Of a DNA stretch of 64,000 bases, positions 9,455 through 18,074 are shown in pieces. The notes under the pieces are model-generated. The model was given only the letters and a program-made list of their open reading frames with translations, searched no databases and had not been told where the DNA came from. The translations under genes and the position numbers were made by a program. Origin of the DNA: a candidate division WOR-3 bacterium (GTDB lineage: Bacteria > Hydrothermota > Tepidihabitantia > B3-TA06); contig CBFGKC010000006.1 of assembly GCA_965649265.1 (NCBI GenBank), positions 1 to 64,000 on the forward strand. The letters run 5' to 3'. Within the stretch, counting starts at the first letter, position 1, and each line of letters starts with the position of its first letter.

Positions 9455-10335
9455 TTAATCAAACCGTAATCCTTTAATGCGGTCTCGAGAATTTTTTGGT
9501 TCCCCTCAGTCAGCGGGCACATGGGAAGCCTGACCTCGCCCGTGTTCCAGCCGAGAATTCCCGTGGCCGACTTTACAGGTCCGGGGTTAGTTTCAATGAA
9601 AAGGGCTTTTATCAATTTGAATAGCCTGTGATGAAGCTCCTTTGCCTCTTCGAATTTGTGCTCCTCGAAGAGTTTTACGAGCGCTGCCGTGTCTTTCGGA
9701 ACAATGTTCGAAACCACCGAAATTACGCCTTTTGCGCCGACGGAAAGCATGGGCAGGGTCAGGCTGTCGTCACCCGAGAGTACGTTGAGCCAGCCGCAAC
9801 GCGAAATAATCTCCGTTACCTGGTCAAGACTGCCTGATGCCTCCTTGACAGCCACTATCTTGTCGTTTTTCCTTGCGACCTTTTCGAAAGTCGCCGGGGT
9901 CATGTTAACCCCGGTTCGTCCGGGAATATTGTAAATAACTATCGGCAGGTCGGTGTGTTCGCAGACTTCGGAGAAATGCCCGTATAGACCGTCCGGGGTC
10001 GGCTTATTGTAATAAGGGGTCACGACAAGGGCCGCGTCCGCGCCCCACTCCTTGACCTCCTGAACTTCCTTCACTGTCTTTGCAGTGGAGTTGGTGCCTG
10101 CGCCGGCAATGACCGGAACCTTGCAGTCGGCCTCTCGCGCAAGCTTTACCGTCGTTTTAACGATGAGGGCCTTTTCGTCATCTGAAAGAGCGGGAGTTTC
10201 GCCAGTCGTGCCAAGCGCTAAAATCCCGTCAATACCTTCTTTGATTTGCCAGCGGATGTGGCGTTCTAACGCCTCTTTATCCACCTTGCCGTTCTTGAAC
10301 GGCGTAACTAAAGCAGTGATCGCGCCACGGAACAT
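9451..10335 (-). CDS. dapA: 4-hydroxy-tetrahydrodipicolinate synthase
   Basis: TALVTPF, GTTGE, PYYNKP, YNIPGRTG, KEASG, ETNPGPVK. Confidence 0.96.
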   Translation of the reverse strand: MFRGAITALVTPFKNGKVDKEALERHIRWQIKEGIDGILALGTTGETPALSDDEKALIVKTTVKLAREADCKVPVIAGAGTNSTAKTVKEVQEVKEWGADAALVVTPYYNKPTPDGLYGHFSEVCEHTDLPIVIYNIPGRTGVNMTPATFEKVARKNDKIVAVKEASGSLDQVTEIISRCGWLNVLSGDDSLTLPMLSVGAKGVISVVSNIVPKDTAALVKLFEEHKFEEAKELHHRLFKLIKALFIETNPGPVKSATGILGWNTGEVRLPMCPLTEGNQKILETALKDYGLIK

Positions 10336-10679
10336 CTAGCCTCCTTGGAGACGTAATAATACTCGAATTTACCTTGCAAGTCAAGGGGTTTTTAAGCCTC
10401 GCATCTGATGGACTTCCATTGCTAACGATATCCCCGGTCTTCTCAAAGCGGACTTCTTCGATAAGCCGCTTAAATCCACAAATTGTATGTGATCGTAACG
10501 TTAACAACCTTTATACACATCTCGACTGCATCTGCGGGCTCAAAATAAATAAGGAAACCTGTTTCTTGCGTCAGAGCGGTCATTTCCGCGACGGCATTCT
10601 TAAACTTGAAAATCGCTGCTTCTTCCGAAATCACACTCAAAAAGGTACCGACAGGCTGCTTGATCATGACCGGTCTTTC

Positions 10680-10707
10680 TTGACATCCTCTTTATGTCTT
10701 ATATACT
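10680..10707 (+). promoter_or_regulatory. Sigma70-type promoter, probably leaderless
   Basis: TTGACA-N16-TATACT, 8 nt before ATG at 10716; no SD. Confidence 0.6.
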
Positions 10708-10715
10708 ACTCGTCA

Positions 10716-11564
10716 ATGATCTACGGATTTGACATTCTCGACTCAGAGATTCGCTGGGTACGTCTATCGAAAGCTGAGGAGGAGTTCTCCTACGGTATAC
10801 TTCCCCTTAAAGACGACCTTCCTTCTAGCGTAAAACAGGTCCTGAAGGGTTTTTTTAACCGCGAGAAGGTTCACCGCTTCGTGTTCGCATTGCAGGGGAG
10901 AGGTGTAAGGGTAAAGTCGTTCGCCTCCGACAAAGTCGATATCTCCGAACTGGAAGATAACGTCGCATGGGAAGCGCGATTTTTCCTTGAGTACGAGAAG
11001 AACCGGGACGTTTTGAGTTTCGATCCCCTGCGTAGCGTGGGACAGGAGACCTGGATTGTCGCCGCGGCTGCTCCGCTCGCCGAAGTCAAGCGACAATGTG
11101 AAATTTTTCCCTCCCCCCCTCTCCATGTGGAGACCGCCTTGACTGCCATATCGAACGGAATTCTTGAATCGAAATGGAATCAGAACTCCGTACTGCTGCT
11201 GCATCTCGATTATACCCGGGCGTTTCTGGTAATCGTAAGCCACGGAAATCCCATTCTTATGCAAGAAATAGAACCGGCCAAACCTTTTTCCGGCCAGCTT
11301 GACGAACAGTCGCTTTCCTTCTGGCAGGAAGAGCTTAAACTCAGGCGCAACTTTCTTTTGCCCGACCATCGTAAGCTCGACAAGCTGCTTCTTTCCGGCG
11401 TTGTCGCTCTCGAGGATGAGAACGCAAAAAGGCTCGGCGAACGGCTTGACCTTGACGGAGAGGTTTTCAATCCGTTTGAAGGCCTGGGCCAGGCAGCCGG
11501 AAAAAGCCAGGGGGCTCCCCTGTTTACGGTGGCTTTTTCTTGCGCCATGAGGAACGAAGCATGA
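10716..11564 (+). CDS. PilM-like (actin-fold) pilus assembly protein
   Basis: Starts MIYGFDILDSEIRWV (PilM-like GxDI); VAWEARFFL, LLLSG and EVFNPF motifs. Start reassigned from 10374 on promoter position. Confidence 0.65.
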   Translation: MIYGFDILDSEIRWVRLSKAEEEFSYGILPLKDDLPSSVKQVLKGFFNREKVHRFVFALQGRGVRVKSFASDKVDISELEDNVAWEARFFLEYEKNRDVLSFDPLRSVGQETWIVAAAAPLAEVKRQCEIFPSPPLHVETALTAISNGILESKWNQNSVLLLHLDYTRAFLVIVSHGNPILMQEIEPAKPFSGQLDEQSLSFWQEELKLRRNFLLPDHRKLDKLLLSGVVALEDENAKRLGERLDLDGEVFNPFEGLGQAAGKSQGAPLFTVAFSCAMRNEA

Positions 11565-12082
11565 TAAGAGTCGATCTTTCCTTACCCGTAAGCAGGCGCA
11601 AGCTTGCATTGTGGCAGTTCGCATTGATCTTCGTCGGCATATTCCTTTTTGTTGCCGCAGGTGCAGCGCTGGGGCTGTTCTTTCAGTGGCGCTACATGGG
11701 ATCAGTTGAGGAGCAAATGATCGATCTTGTCGATTCCCGTGATTCCCTTGTGCGAGTGAGGAGCGAAATGGTAAGCTACAACGATGTTGCCTCAAGGCTC
11801 GATTCGCTCAAGCGCGAGATAGCAAATGGTGAAGACGAGATGAGAGAACGTCTTTCGGCCGTTTACCTCCTCGAATCGAAGCTTGGACCCGGTATGAAAC
11901 TTGCCTCCATAAAGATCAGGGATTCCTACATCATCCTTGAATGCCTCAGCCCGTCGAACGTGAAGGTCGCCCGCTATCTGGACGCGCTTTCCGCAACCAC
12001 GAGGTTCGATTCCCTCATAAGCGAACCCCAGGGAACCAGGGAAGGGCTCATCGATCACAAAGTTACACTGAGGTTGAGATGA
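11561..12082 (+). CDS. PilN-like protein
   Basis: MIRVDLSLP start, single TM, coiled coil, C-terminal SNVKVARYLDAL; ATGA overlap with pilM-like gene. Confidence 0.65.
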   Translation: MIRVDLSLPVSRRKLALWQFALIFVGIFLFVAAGAALGLFFQWRYMGSVEEQMIDLVDSRDSLVRVRSEMVSYNDVASRLDSLKREIANGEDEMRERLSAVYLLESKLGPGMKLASIKIRDSYIILECLSPSNVKVARYLDALSATTRFDSLISEPQGTREGLIDHKVTLRLR

Positions 12083-12585
12083 GGACTCTGATCGTCACTT
12101 TGTTCGTTGTTTTTACTACGGCGGTGCTCGGCGTCGGCGGCTATCTTGGTGTGACCAATTTCGTCCGGACTAACACCCTTATTGAGGATCGAAAGAGCAT
12201 TGAGGCTGAGATTGCCGGTCTGGAAATGGAGATAGGTGATTTCCGCGTTTCTTCCGAGGAGACGGTCAATCTCATCAAGGAACTTGACAGCATAAGCAAC
12301 GCGATAACGGCCGCGGAACTGGATCTCAAAGATCGTCTTTCCAGACGCGGTTCTCTTTCACGTTCCCCTGTGGTTAAGCTCGATTCTGCCCAGGATAACG
12401 AAGCCTTGAGCACGTATCCGCTTTTTTTGTCGATCGAAGGCTCGAGATCTGCAATCGATACCTTCCTCGTCGGGTTGGCAAGGGATATTTTCTTCCTGAA
12501 ACTCGACAGCCTTGAACTCGCGCCAGGCTCGTCCTATTCCAAGCTCAGGGCCTGGGGTTCCGTATCCTATCCGAGAACCGAATAA
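12079..12585 (+). CDS. PilO-like protein
   Basis: Single TM plus coiled coil, YPLFLSIEGS..IDTFL motif; ATGA overlap. Confidence 0.55.
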   Translation: MRTLIVTLFVVFTTAVLGVGGYLGVTNFVRTNTLIEDRKSIEAEIAGLEMEIGDFRVSSEETVNLIKELDSISNAITAAELDLKDRLSRRGSLSRSPVVKLDSAQDNEALSTYPLFLSIEGSRSAIDTFLVGLARDIFFLKLDSLELAPGSSYSKLRAWGSVSYPRTE

Positions 12586-12587
12586 AG

Positions 12588-13541
12588 TTGAAAGAAAGCC
12601 TTTACGACATCGTCGTTCGTCTCAGGAGCGAGTGTCCGTGGGACGCAAAACAGACCCTTGACTCAATCCGCCACCTCTATATCGAAGAAGCCTATGAACT
12701 CTCCGAAGCGCTCGCGTCAGGCGACGGCAAAAAAATCGAAGAGGAGCTTGCCGACCTCCTCTACGTCGTCCTCATGGGCGTCCAGATAGCAAAAGACGAG
12801 GGCCTTACAACCCTCGAAAAGGTCGAAGAATCAGCCGCAACTAAGCTCATCCGCCGTCACCCGCACGTGTTCGACAAGACATCCGTATCCTCCGAAACCG
12901 AAGTCCTGCAAAACTGGGAGCGCATCAAGCAGGAGGAGAAAGAAGAAAAGGGCGAAGCCAACGGCTTCTTCTCCGGCATCCCCAAATCGCTGCCCGCTCT
13001 CATCCGTGCCCAGATGGTCCAGGAGCGCGCCGCACGGGTAGGCTTCGACTGGCCGCCCTCCCCCGTAACACACCCCGTAACACACCCCGTAACACACCCA
13101 CTCCCCCCCTCCTCCTTACCCCAAAAGAATTCGGAGAATTCTTTTGGGGACCCCACGCCCTCCTCAGAGCCCTCCTCAGAGCCCTCCTCAAAGCCCTCCC
13201 CAGAGCCTTCCTCAGAACCTTCCTTACCCATAACATACTCTTCGGCATACGGGCCGCTAGCCAAGATTCATGAAGAGGCCGACGAGCTTGCTCACAATAT
13301 CGGCTCCGGGGATAAGAAAGGACTCGAGGAGGAGCTTGGCGACCTTCTCTTCTCCGTGGTCAACCTTGCCCGCCATATCGACGTTCAGGCCGAGGAGGCG
13401 CTTGCGTCCGCAGTACTCAAATTCCAGAAACGATTCGAGGGGGTCCGCAGCCTCGCAAAGGAGCGCAACCTCGAACTGGACAAGCTTGACATCGAAGAAC
13501 TAGACAAACTCTGGGACGAGGTAAAACATACGCCCCAGTAA
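12588..13541 (+). CDS. mazG: Nucleoside triphosphate pyrophosphohydrolase MazG with a ~62-aa repeat-derived insertion
   Basis: LRSECPWDAKQT, EEAYE, EELADLL, KLIRRHPHVF, GFDW, EELGDLLFSVVNLARH. Confidence 0.93.
   Translation: MKESLYDIVVRLRSECPWDAKQTLDSIRHLYIEEAYELSEALASGDGKKIEEELADLLYVVLMGVQIAKDEGLTTLEKVEESAATKLIRRHPHVFDKTSVSSETEVLQNWERIKQEEKEEKGEANGFFSGIPKSLPALIRAQMVQERAARVGFDWPPSPVTHPVTHPVTHPLPPSSLPQKNSENSFGDPTPSSEPSSEPSSKPSPEPSSEPSLPITYSSAYGPLAKIHEEADELAHNIGSGDKKGLEEELGDLLFSVVNLARHIDVQAEEALASAVLKFQKRFEGVRSLAKERNLELDKLDIEELDKLWDEVKHTPQ
13056..13241. repeat. In-frame insertion in mazG: (CCCCGTAACACA)x3, a hairpin, and (CCCTCCTCAGAG)x5
   Basis: Read directly from the sequence; encodes PVTH x3 and PSSE-like x5. 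Confidence 0.9.
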
Positions 13542-13608
13542 AACAGCCAGCTGTTTTACTGGGGACCCCTGAATCACCCCAAAAGAAGACGGGGTCTTCT
13601 TTCTGGGG
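13533..13608. repeat. Two CCCCA...TGGGG hairpins; the first overlaps the mazG stop codon
   Basis: CCCCAGTAAAACAGC/GCTGTTTTACTGGGG and CCCCAAAAGAAGAC/GTCTTCTTTCTGGGG. Confidence 0.75.
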
Positions 13609-13674
13609 CCCCGCCACTTTAGAATCCTCCCCATATCATGAAGGTTTATTTTGAGAAATTTGCATAAAGGCTCC

Positions 13675-13714
13675 AAAAATAAGTAACGCCCCCACAGGTA
13701 TCCTGCGGGGGCGT
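13675..13714 (-). terminator. Intrinsic terminator after the AsnA-like gene
   Basis: ACGCCCCCACAGG/CCTGCGGGGGCGT stem followed by a T-rich tract on the minus strand. Confidence 0.6.
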
Positions 13715-13730
13715 CAGCAATCGCTTTTAT

Positions 13731-14591
13731 CTAAAGTTTTTCTTCAAGCTTCAATCCTCTGATCAATCGAGTCATGCCGATTCCGCCGCCGAAGCGCTCG
13801 ACCATCGGCAGTTCCAGAAATGCCTCAAGCTCTGCAAGCACGCGATCCTTGCCGAAATGGGCGTAGAGGAGTTCCGAGTACATCCCGTCCGAAATCGCAT
13901 GAAACCTGTCGCGCATGATGACGGGATCGGTCTCTCGCTCGGCAGAGCCTATGGTCTCTATGCCGTGAACGATCACGTCCACCTTGTTGGCAAGGTCGCC
14001 GTTGCGCCTCATGTTCCAGAACGGTGAGGTTCTTTCAGGGAAATCCTTCAGGAATGCCACGTTCCCGAAATCCCTTTCGAGCGCTTCCTCCTGATCGGCT
14101 CCGATATAATCCACCGCATACTTCCTGCATGCCGATTCGTACGTTATCGCCGGATACTTAAGGTTTTCCAAGTTGGTCGGTTCGCCTTGTCCTGCATTGC
14201 CCGATTCAAAACCCATGTGCAGGCAAAGGTCCGTCTCCAGTGCAATCAAATCATCCAGGCTTCCGCGTGACTCGAACTCGAACATCGGGAATATGAGGTC
14301 GTGCCTGTCCGGAACAGGGTTCGCTTCCTGCCGGTAGCTGGTGCTCTGGCAGAACACGCCAGGGTATTCGGGGTGTTTCAGGAGTTCGTACTCGAGCCAC
14401 ATCTGGCCGGTCTGCGGAAGCGGCCACACGGCTCCGTTGTAGTCGAACGAGCCGATGGTCGTTGGGTCTTCGCACGCGGCAAGGATGCTCAGCCGCGATT
14501 GAGTGGGCACTTCAACGAAGCCCCTGGATAAAAAAAAACCCCTCAAAGGGGTTATAGTCCGGTGGTAGTCCAATGGATCAATCAGTTTCAA
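13731..14591 (-). CDS. Class II aminoacyl-tRNA-synthetase catalytic-domain paralog (Asn/AspRS-related, archaeal-type asparagine synthetase A-like)
   Basis: Motif 1 LRGFFLSRGFVEVPT, motif 2 SYRQE...RHDLIFPMFEFE, ETIGSAERE, motif 3 GGGIGMTRL; no anticodon-binding domain; TTG start with AAGGAG RBS. Confidence 0.8.
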   Translation of the reverse strand: MKLIDPLDYHRTITPLRGFFLSRGFVEVPTQSRLSILAACEDPTTIGSFDYNGAVWPLPQTGQMWLEYELLKHPEYPGVFCQSTSYRQEANPVPDRHDLIFPMFEFESRGSLDDLIALETDLCLHMGFESGNAGQGEPTNLENLKYPAITYESACRKYAVDYIGADQEEALERDFGNVAFLKDFPERTSPFWNMRRNGDLANKVDVIVHGIETIGSAERETDPVIMRDRFHAISDGMYSELLYAHFGKDRVLAELEAFLELPMVERFGGGIGMTRLIRGLKLEEKL

Positions 14592-14695
14592 TCTGACTCC
14601 TTTTTATAGTTGTTGTGGGTTGTGCCCCGGTTTGCGTCCCGGGGGGTGTTACTTCCTTTGATTTATTGTTGCTTATGGAAGTGCCCCGAAGGGGT

Positions 14696-14730
14696 ACGGG
14701 TTGTGTTACGGGTGTTACGGGTGTTACGGG
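14696..14730. repeat. (GTGTTACGG)n short tandem repeat of the CCCGTAACAC family
   Basis: GTGTTACGGGTGTTACGGGTGTTACGGG. Confidence 0.85.
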
Positions 14731-14739
14731 TCTGACACC

Positions 14740-14772
14740 AAAAAAATAATCCCCCACGGTCATTGGGGGGAA
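14740..14772 (-). terminator. Intrinsic terminator or attenuator upstream of the AsnA-like gene
   Basis: TCCCCCCAATGACCGTGGGGGAT followed by TATTTTTTT on the minus strand. Confidence 0.65.
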
Positions 14773-14918
14773 TCTTTCATGCCTGGTCATTAAAATGGAT
14801 TATACTAAATCTTGGCATCAAAGTCAAGAAAATCATACCCTAATTCTTCCATATACCTTTGTGGAGATACATGCGAGATCTGGAGAAGCGCCAGGGGAGG
14901 TGTCCGGCCTCGCCCTCG

Positions 14919-15572
14919 CTAGAAAAGCAGAACGATCGCTTTTGCCAGCGGCACGAGCCAGGAGAGGTCAACGACTTTCAAGATGCCCCATGAACCGAGG
15001 AGGGCGAGGAGGGCCGGGATTACGGTCGTCCTGAGAACGGCAAGCCCGAAAAGCGCGGCGACCGCGAGCCAGGTCTGCCACTCGCGAAGCGCCCAGGAGA
15101 GGCTGAACCCTTTGAAGAGCGGCCCCTCGAATCTCTTCGGGAAGAAGAGCGTTACTCTCGCGGCGTACTCCTTGTGAGAATCGCCGTAGCGTTCGCGAAG
15201 ACTCCTCTCCTCGGCTCTGCCTATCAACACGTAAAGGACCACGAAGCCCACCGCGGTCAGAACGACGAGAATCCAGTGCGGCCGGAGCATTGCGAGCCCG
15301 GCCGCCACAAGGAGGGCGTTCGCTACGTAGAGGGGATGCCTTGATAGGGAGTATGGGCCGCGGGTCATAAGACTATCGGTTGATATCTTGGGGTTGCGCG
15401 AGACCGGACCTATGAAGCCCGCGGCCCAGAACCTTAAAGCTAAACCTGGTAAAAACAGAAGTGCGCTCCACACACTTATCCAGGGCGTCGAGAAGGCCAG
15501 GAGAAGGAGTACCCACAGCGCCGCGAGGGCGCTGCGGGTATGGAAGAGGGTTTGTCCTAAAGAAGCCTTCAA
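14919..15572 (-). CDS. Isoprenylcysteine carboxyl methyltransferase / PEMT-family membrane methyltransferase
   Basis: GLALRFWAAG, LMTRGPYSLSRHPLY, EERSLRERYG..YAARV..FFP. Confidence 0.85.
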   Translation of the reverse strand: MKASLGQTLFHTRSALAALWVLLLLAFSTPWISVWSALLFLPGLALRFWAAGFIGPVSRNPKISTDSLMTRGPYSLSRHPLYVANALLVAAGLAMLRPHWILVVLTAVGFVVLYVLIGRAEERSLRERYGDSHKEYAARVTLFFPKRFEGPLFKGFSLSWALREWQTWLAVAALFGLAVLRTTVIPALLALLGSWGILKVVDLSWLVPLAKAIVLLF

Positions 15573-15910
15573 TGAAGGTAAATCTCCACGCGTTTGCCCT
15601 CCGCGTCCTTGACTTCAAAGACCTTACCGGGTTGCGCTTCTTCGAGCGCTGCAAGGATGGTTTCTGCCGGAATCTCCTGCTTGGCCATTACGCTCGCGGG
15701 CACGAACCGCATGGCGAAGCGCGCGAGCGAGATGGGAAGGTTCACCCTGACCTGCGGTTTGTCGCCTGTTTTGTCGAAGACAAGCACCGTTATCTGGTGA
15801 GCGTAGGGCTTTGCACCGTCGATGGCCTCCAGAAGTTGACCGGCCTGGGTCGCCGTTATCTTGCCGTCCGAGACCATCCTGAGGATGCGAAGGGTAGTGT
15901 CGTTACTCAT
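15569..15910 (-). CDS. SHOCT-like (YvlB/LiaX N-terminal) domain protein, DUF2089-associated
   Basis: LRILRMVSDGKITATQAGQLLEAI, VRVNLPISLA, C-terminal GKRVEIY. Confidence 0.85.
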   Translation of the reverse strand: MSNDTTLRILRMVSDGKITATQAGQLLEAIDGAKPYAHQITVLVFDKTGDKPQVRVNLPISLARFAMRFVPASVMAKQEIPAETILAALEEAQPGKVFEVKDAEGKRVEIYLH

Positions 15911-16424
15911 GACGTCTTCTCGCCCTTCTTCTCTTATCCTTGTCTATGTCCACGTCGACCGTGACCCCGAAGCCTTCTTCGTGGCCCGACTTGGTCTTGC
16001 GTATCTCGTCTACGGCCGTATCCACGTCGATCTTTCCTTCCTCGAGCCGGTCGATAATATTGCCCACTTGCCTTGGTTTGTGGGTCGTCTTGATTATGAC
16101 GCTTATGATTATGGTAACGCCCAGTATCACGATTATGACGGGCCACCACTGCGCAAAGGTCACGGGTATTATGGCCGCGTTTGAGAGCCACAGGCCCGTT
16201 CCGAAGGCGCTTACCAGGAGCCCCCAGAAAAGGCTCCAGCCCGAAAACCGCTTGAAGCGTTTGCCTATGGAAAGAAACGATTCCAGAAGAATCATGAGCC
16301 CGAAGATAGCTATTATCAGAGGCCATGCTACCTTGAATGAAAGCAGCGCCGGGTAGAGATTTCCGAGGTAAATCCATACTCCTACCCATGCGACGACGAG
16401 TCCCCAGAATATTCCTCTAATCAC
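15903..16424 (-). CDS. Four-TM LiaI/LiaF-like membrane protein with C-terminal SHOCT-like module
   Basis: Duplicated FWGL....G..W...N....WP.I hairpins; IIDRLEEGKIDVDTAV. Confidence 0.8.
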   Translation of the reverse strand: MIRGIFWGLVVAWVGVWIYLGNLYPALLSFKVAWPLIIAIFGLMILLESFLSIGKRFKRFSGWSLFWGLLVSAFGTGLWLSNAAIIPVTFAQWWPVIIVILGVTIIISVIIKTTHKPRQVGNIIDRLEEGKIDVDTAVDEIRKTKSGHEEGFGVTVDVDIDKDKRRRARRRHE

Positions 16425-16573
16425 TTATGCCTCCTTTTCGTTTCCACTCTTACCAGGACCGGCGAGCCTTTTACGGTTCGGCCGGCAAGGAAGTATACCA
16501 GCGCAACCGTTCCGGCAATCAGAGCGGTTACCAGGAAGCTTCCTATTCCGGCGCTGTATATCAAACCTGTCAC
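16421..16573 (-). CDS. 50-aa single-pass membrane protein (not in ORF track)
   Basis: AAGGAGG RBS, GTG start, MTGLIYSAGIGSFLVTALIAGTVALVYFLAGRTVKGSPVLVRVETKRRHK; GTGA overlap with the next gene. Confidence 0.7.
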   Translation of the reverse strand: MTGLIYSAGIGSFLVTALIAGTVALVYFLAGRTVKGSPVLVRVETKRRHK

Positions 16574-16603
16574 TTATTCCTCCTTTGGAATAATGTTTTC
16601 ATC

Positions 16604-18067
16604 TTAAAACTTCTCATCGCCGCGCTCCTCGGGCACGGCAGGTTCAAGCGCAAGCTGCTCGGATATGCTCAGCTCCACGCTCCTTGCATCCTTCACTGAC
16701 CATACCCCCAGCTTCTTCATGCTCGCGTAGGCCCAGATTGCGTAAAGGATGAAGAGAATAACTTCTATCACCGGTATCCCGTACCAGATGCTCAAGGGGT
16801 TCTTCAGGGACACGAGCAGGAGAACTGCCGGCGGGGTGAGAACCCTCGAAAGCGTTCCGAGAACGAGCGACGGCACGGCCTGGCCGGTTCCCTGGAAGTA
16901 GGTCGTGAAGGCGAAAAGACTGCCCTCGAGCGCGAATGCCAGACAGCCTATGCGCAGGGCGGGCGCTGCATATGCGAGAAAATCGGGCGCCCTGTTGAAG
17001 ATACCGGCAAGGCCTTGCGGGAAGACAATGGCGGCAAGCGACACCAGGGTGGTTATTCCCGTGCATACAAGAAACGCCCGGATGAGCGTCGCCCGCACGC
17101 GTTCAGGTTTCTTTGCCCCGAAGTTGTATCCTATTATCGGCATTGCGCCGCCCGATACACCCACGCACGGCATGGTTCCGAATTGCATGATGCTTGCGTA
17201 CACACCGAAGGTCGCTATGACTATCGTTCCGAGCTGGGACACGACCTTTATCGTGAAGGCCATAGTCACGCTCCCCAGGACGAGCATGAGCATCTGGGGG
17301 GCCCCTATCTTGAATATCTCGCCGAGAATCTTGAAGTCCGGCTTAAAATGGGCTGGTTTTATCCGGTACTCGGTTTTTCGTCCGAACAGGTAGGCGGTGA
17401 GGACCACGCTCGTCATTACCTGTGAGAGGACGGTAGCGAGCGCGGCGCCCGATACGCCCATCTTGAGCGCGTAGATGAAGATGGGGTCGAGCGCGGTGTT
17501 GAGAACCGCACTCGCGATTACAGTAATCATCGGCAGGGTGGGGTTGCCTTCCGCCCTTACAAGGTTTGCACTGACCATGTTCAAGAGACCGAATACTGCC
17601 CCGAAGATGATGATTGAAAAATACGAGTAGGAATCGGCCAGGATCTCACTCGTCGCACCCATGAGCTTGAGCAGCGGGTAGCCGAGGAAGTATCCCAGAA
17701 GAGCGGAGACTACTCCGATAATCACCGTAATGCCCAGCGCCTGGCCAACTGCCGCGTTGGCATCGTCGGGCCTTCCCTCTCCGAGCCTTCTCGCTATCAA
17801 TGAAGAAGCGCCGATGCCCACGCCCGAACCGAGCGCGAGAACGATCATCTGAATAGGAAAGACTACGGTCAGAGCGGCGAGGGCATCTGGCCCAAGACCG
17901 CCTACAAAAATCCGGTCGACCATGTTGTAGGTTGCGTTGACCAGCATCGCTATCACTCCCGGCAGTGAGAATTTCCACAAGAGCTTGCTTATGGGCGCCG
18001 AGCCCATGAGTTCCGACCGAGAGGGGTTCATTCTGTTTGCCGCCGGGGTTTTGGGATTTTCCGTCAT
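16604..18067 (-). CDS. MATE family efflux transporter (MepA-like)
   Basis: LLWKFSLPGVIAMLVNATYNMVDRIFVG, LNTALDPIFI, GVSGAALATVLSQ, PIIGYNFGAK; about 12 TM segments. Confidence 0.92.
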   Translation of the reverse strand: MTENPKTPAANRMNPSRSELMGSAPISKLLWKFSLPGVIAMLVNATYNMVDRIFVGGLGPDALAALTVVFPIQMIVLALGSGVGIGASSLIARRLGEGRPDDANAAVGQALGITVIIGVVSALLGYFLGYPLLKLMGATSEILADSYSYFSIIIFGAVFGLLNMVSANLVRAEGNPTLPMITVIASAVLNTALDPIFIYALKMGVSGAALATVLSQVMTSVVLTAYLFGRKTEYRIKPAHFKPDFKILGEIFKIGAPQMLMLVLGSVTMAFTIKVVSQLGTIVIATFGVYASIMQFGTMPCVGVSGGAMPIIGYNFGAKKPERVRATLIRAFLVCTGITTLVSLAAIVFPQGLAGIFNRAPDFLAYAAPALRIGCLAFALEGSLFAFTTYFQGTGQAVPSLVLGTLSRVLTPPAVLLLVSLKNPLSIWYGIPVIEVILFILYAIWAYASMKKLGVWSVKDARSVELSISEQLALEPAVPEERGDEKF

Positions 18068-18074
18068 CTGTTCT

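Noticed and set aside
10374-10715. N-terminal extension of the pilM-like ORF
   Set aside because: It spans the divergent promoter region; the promoter and PilM-like start point to ATG 10716
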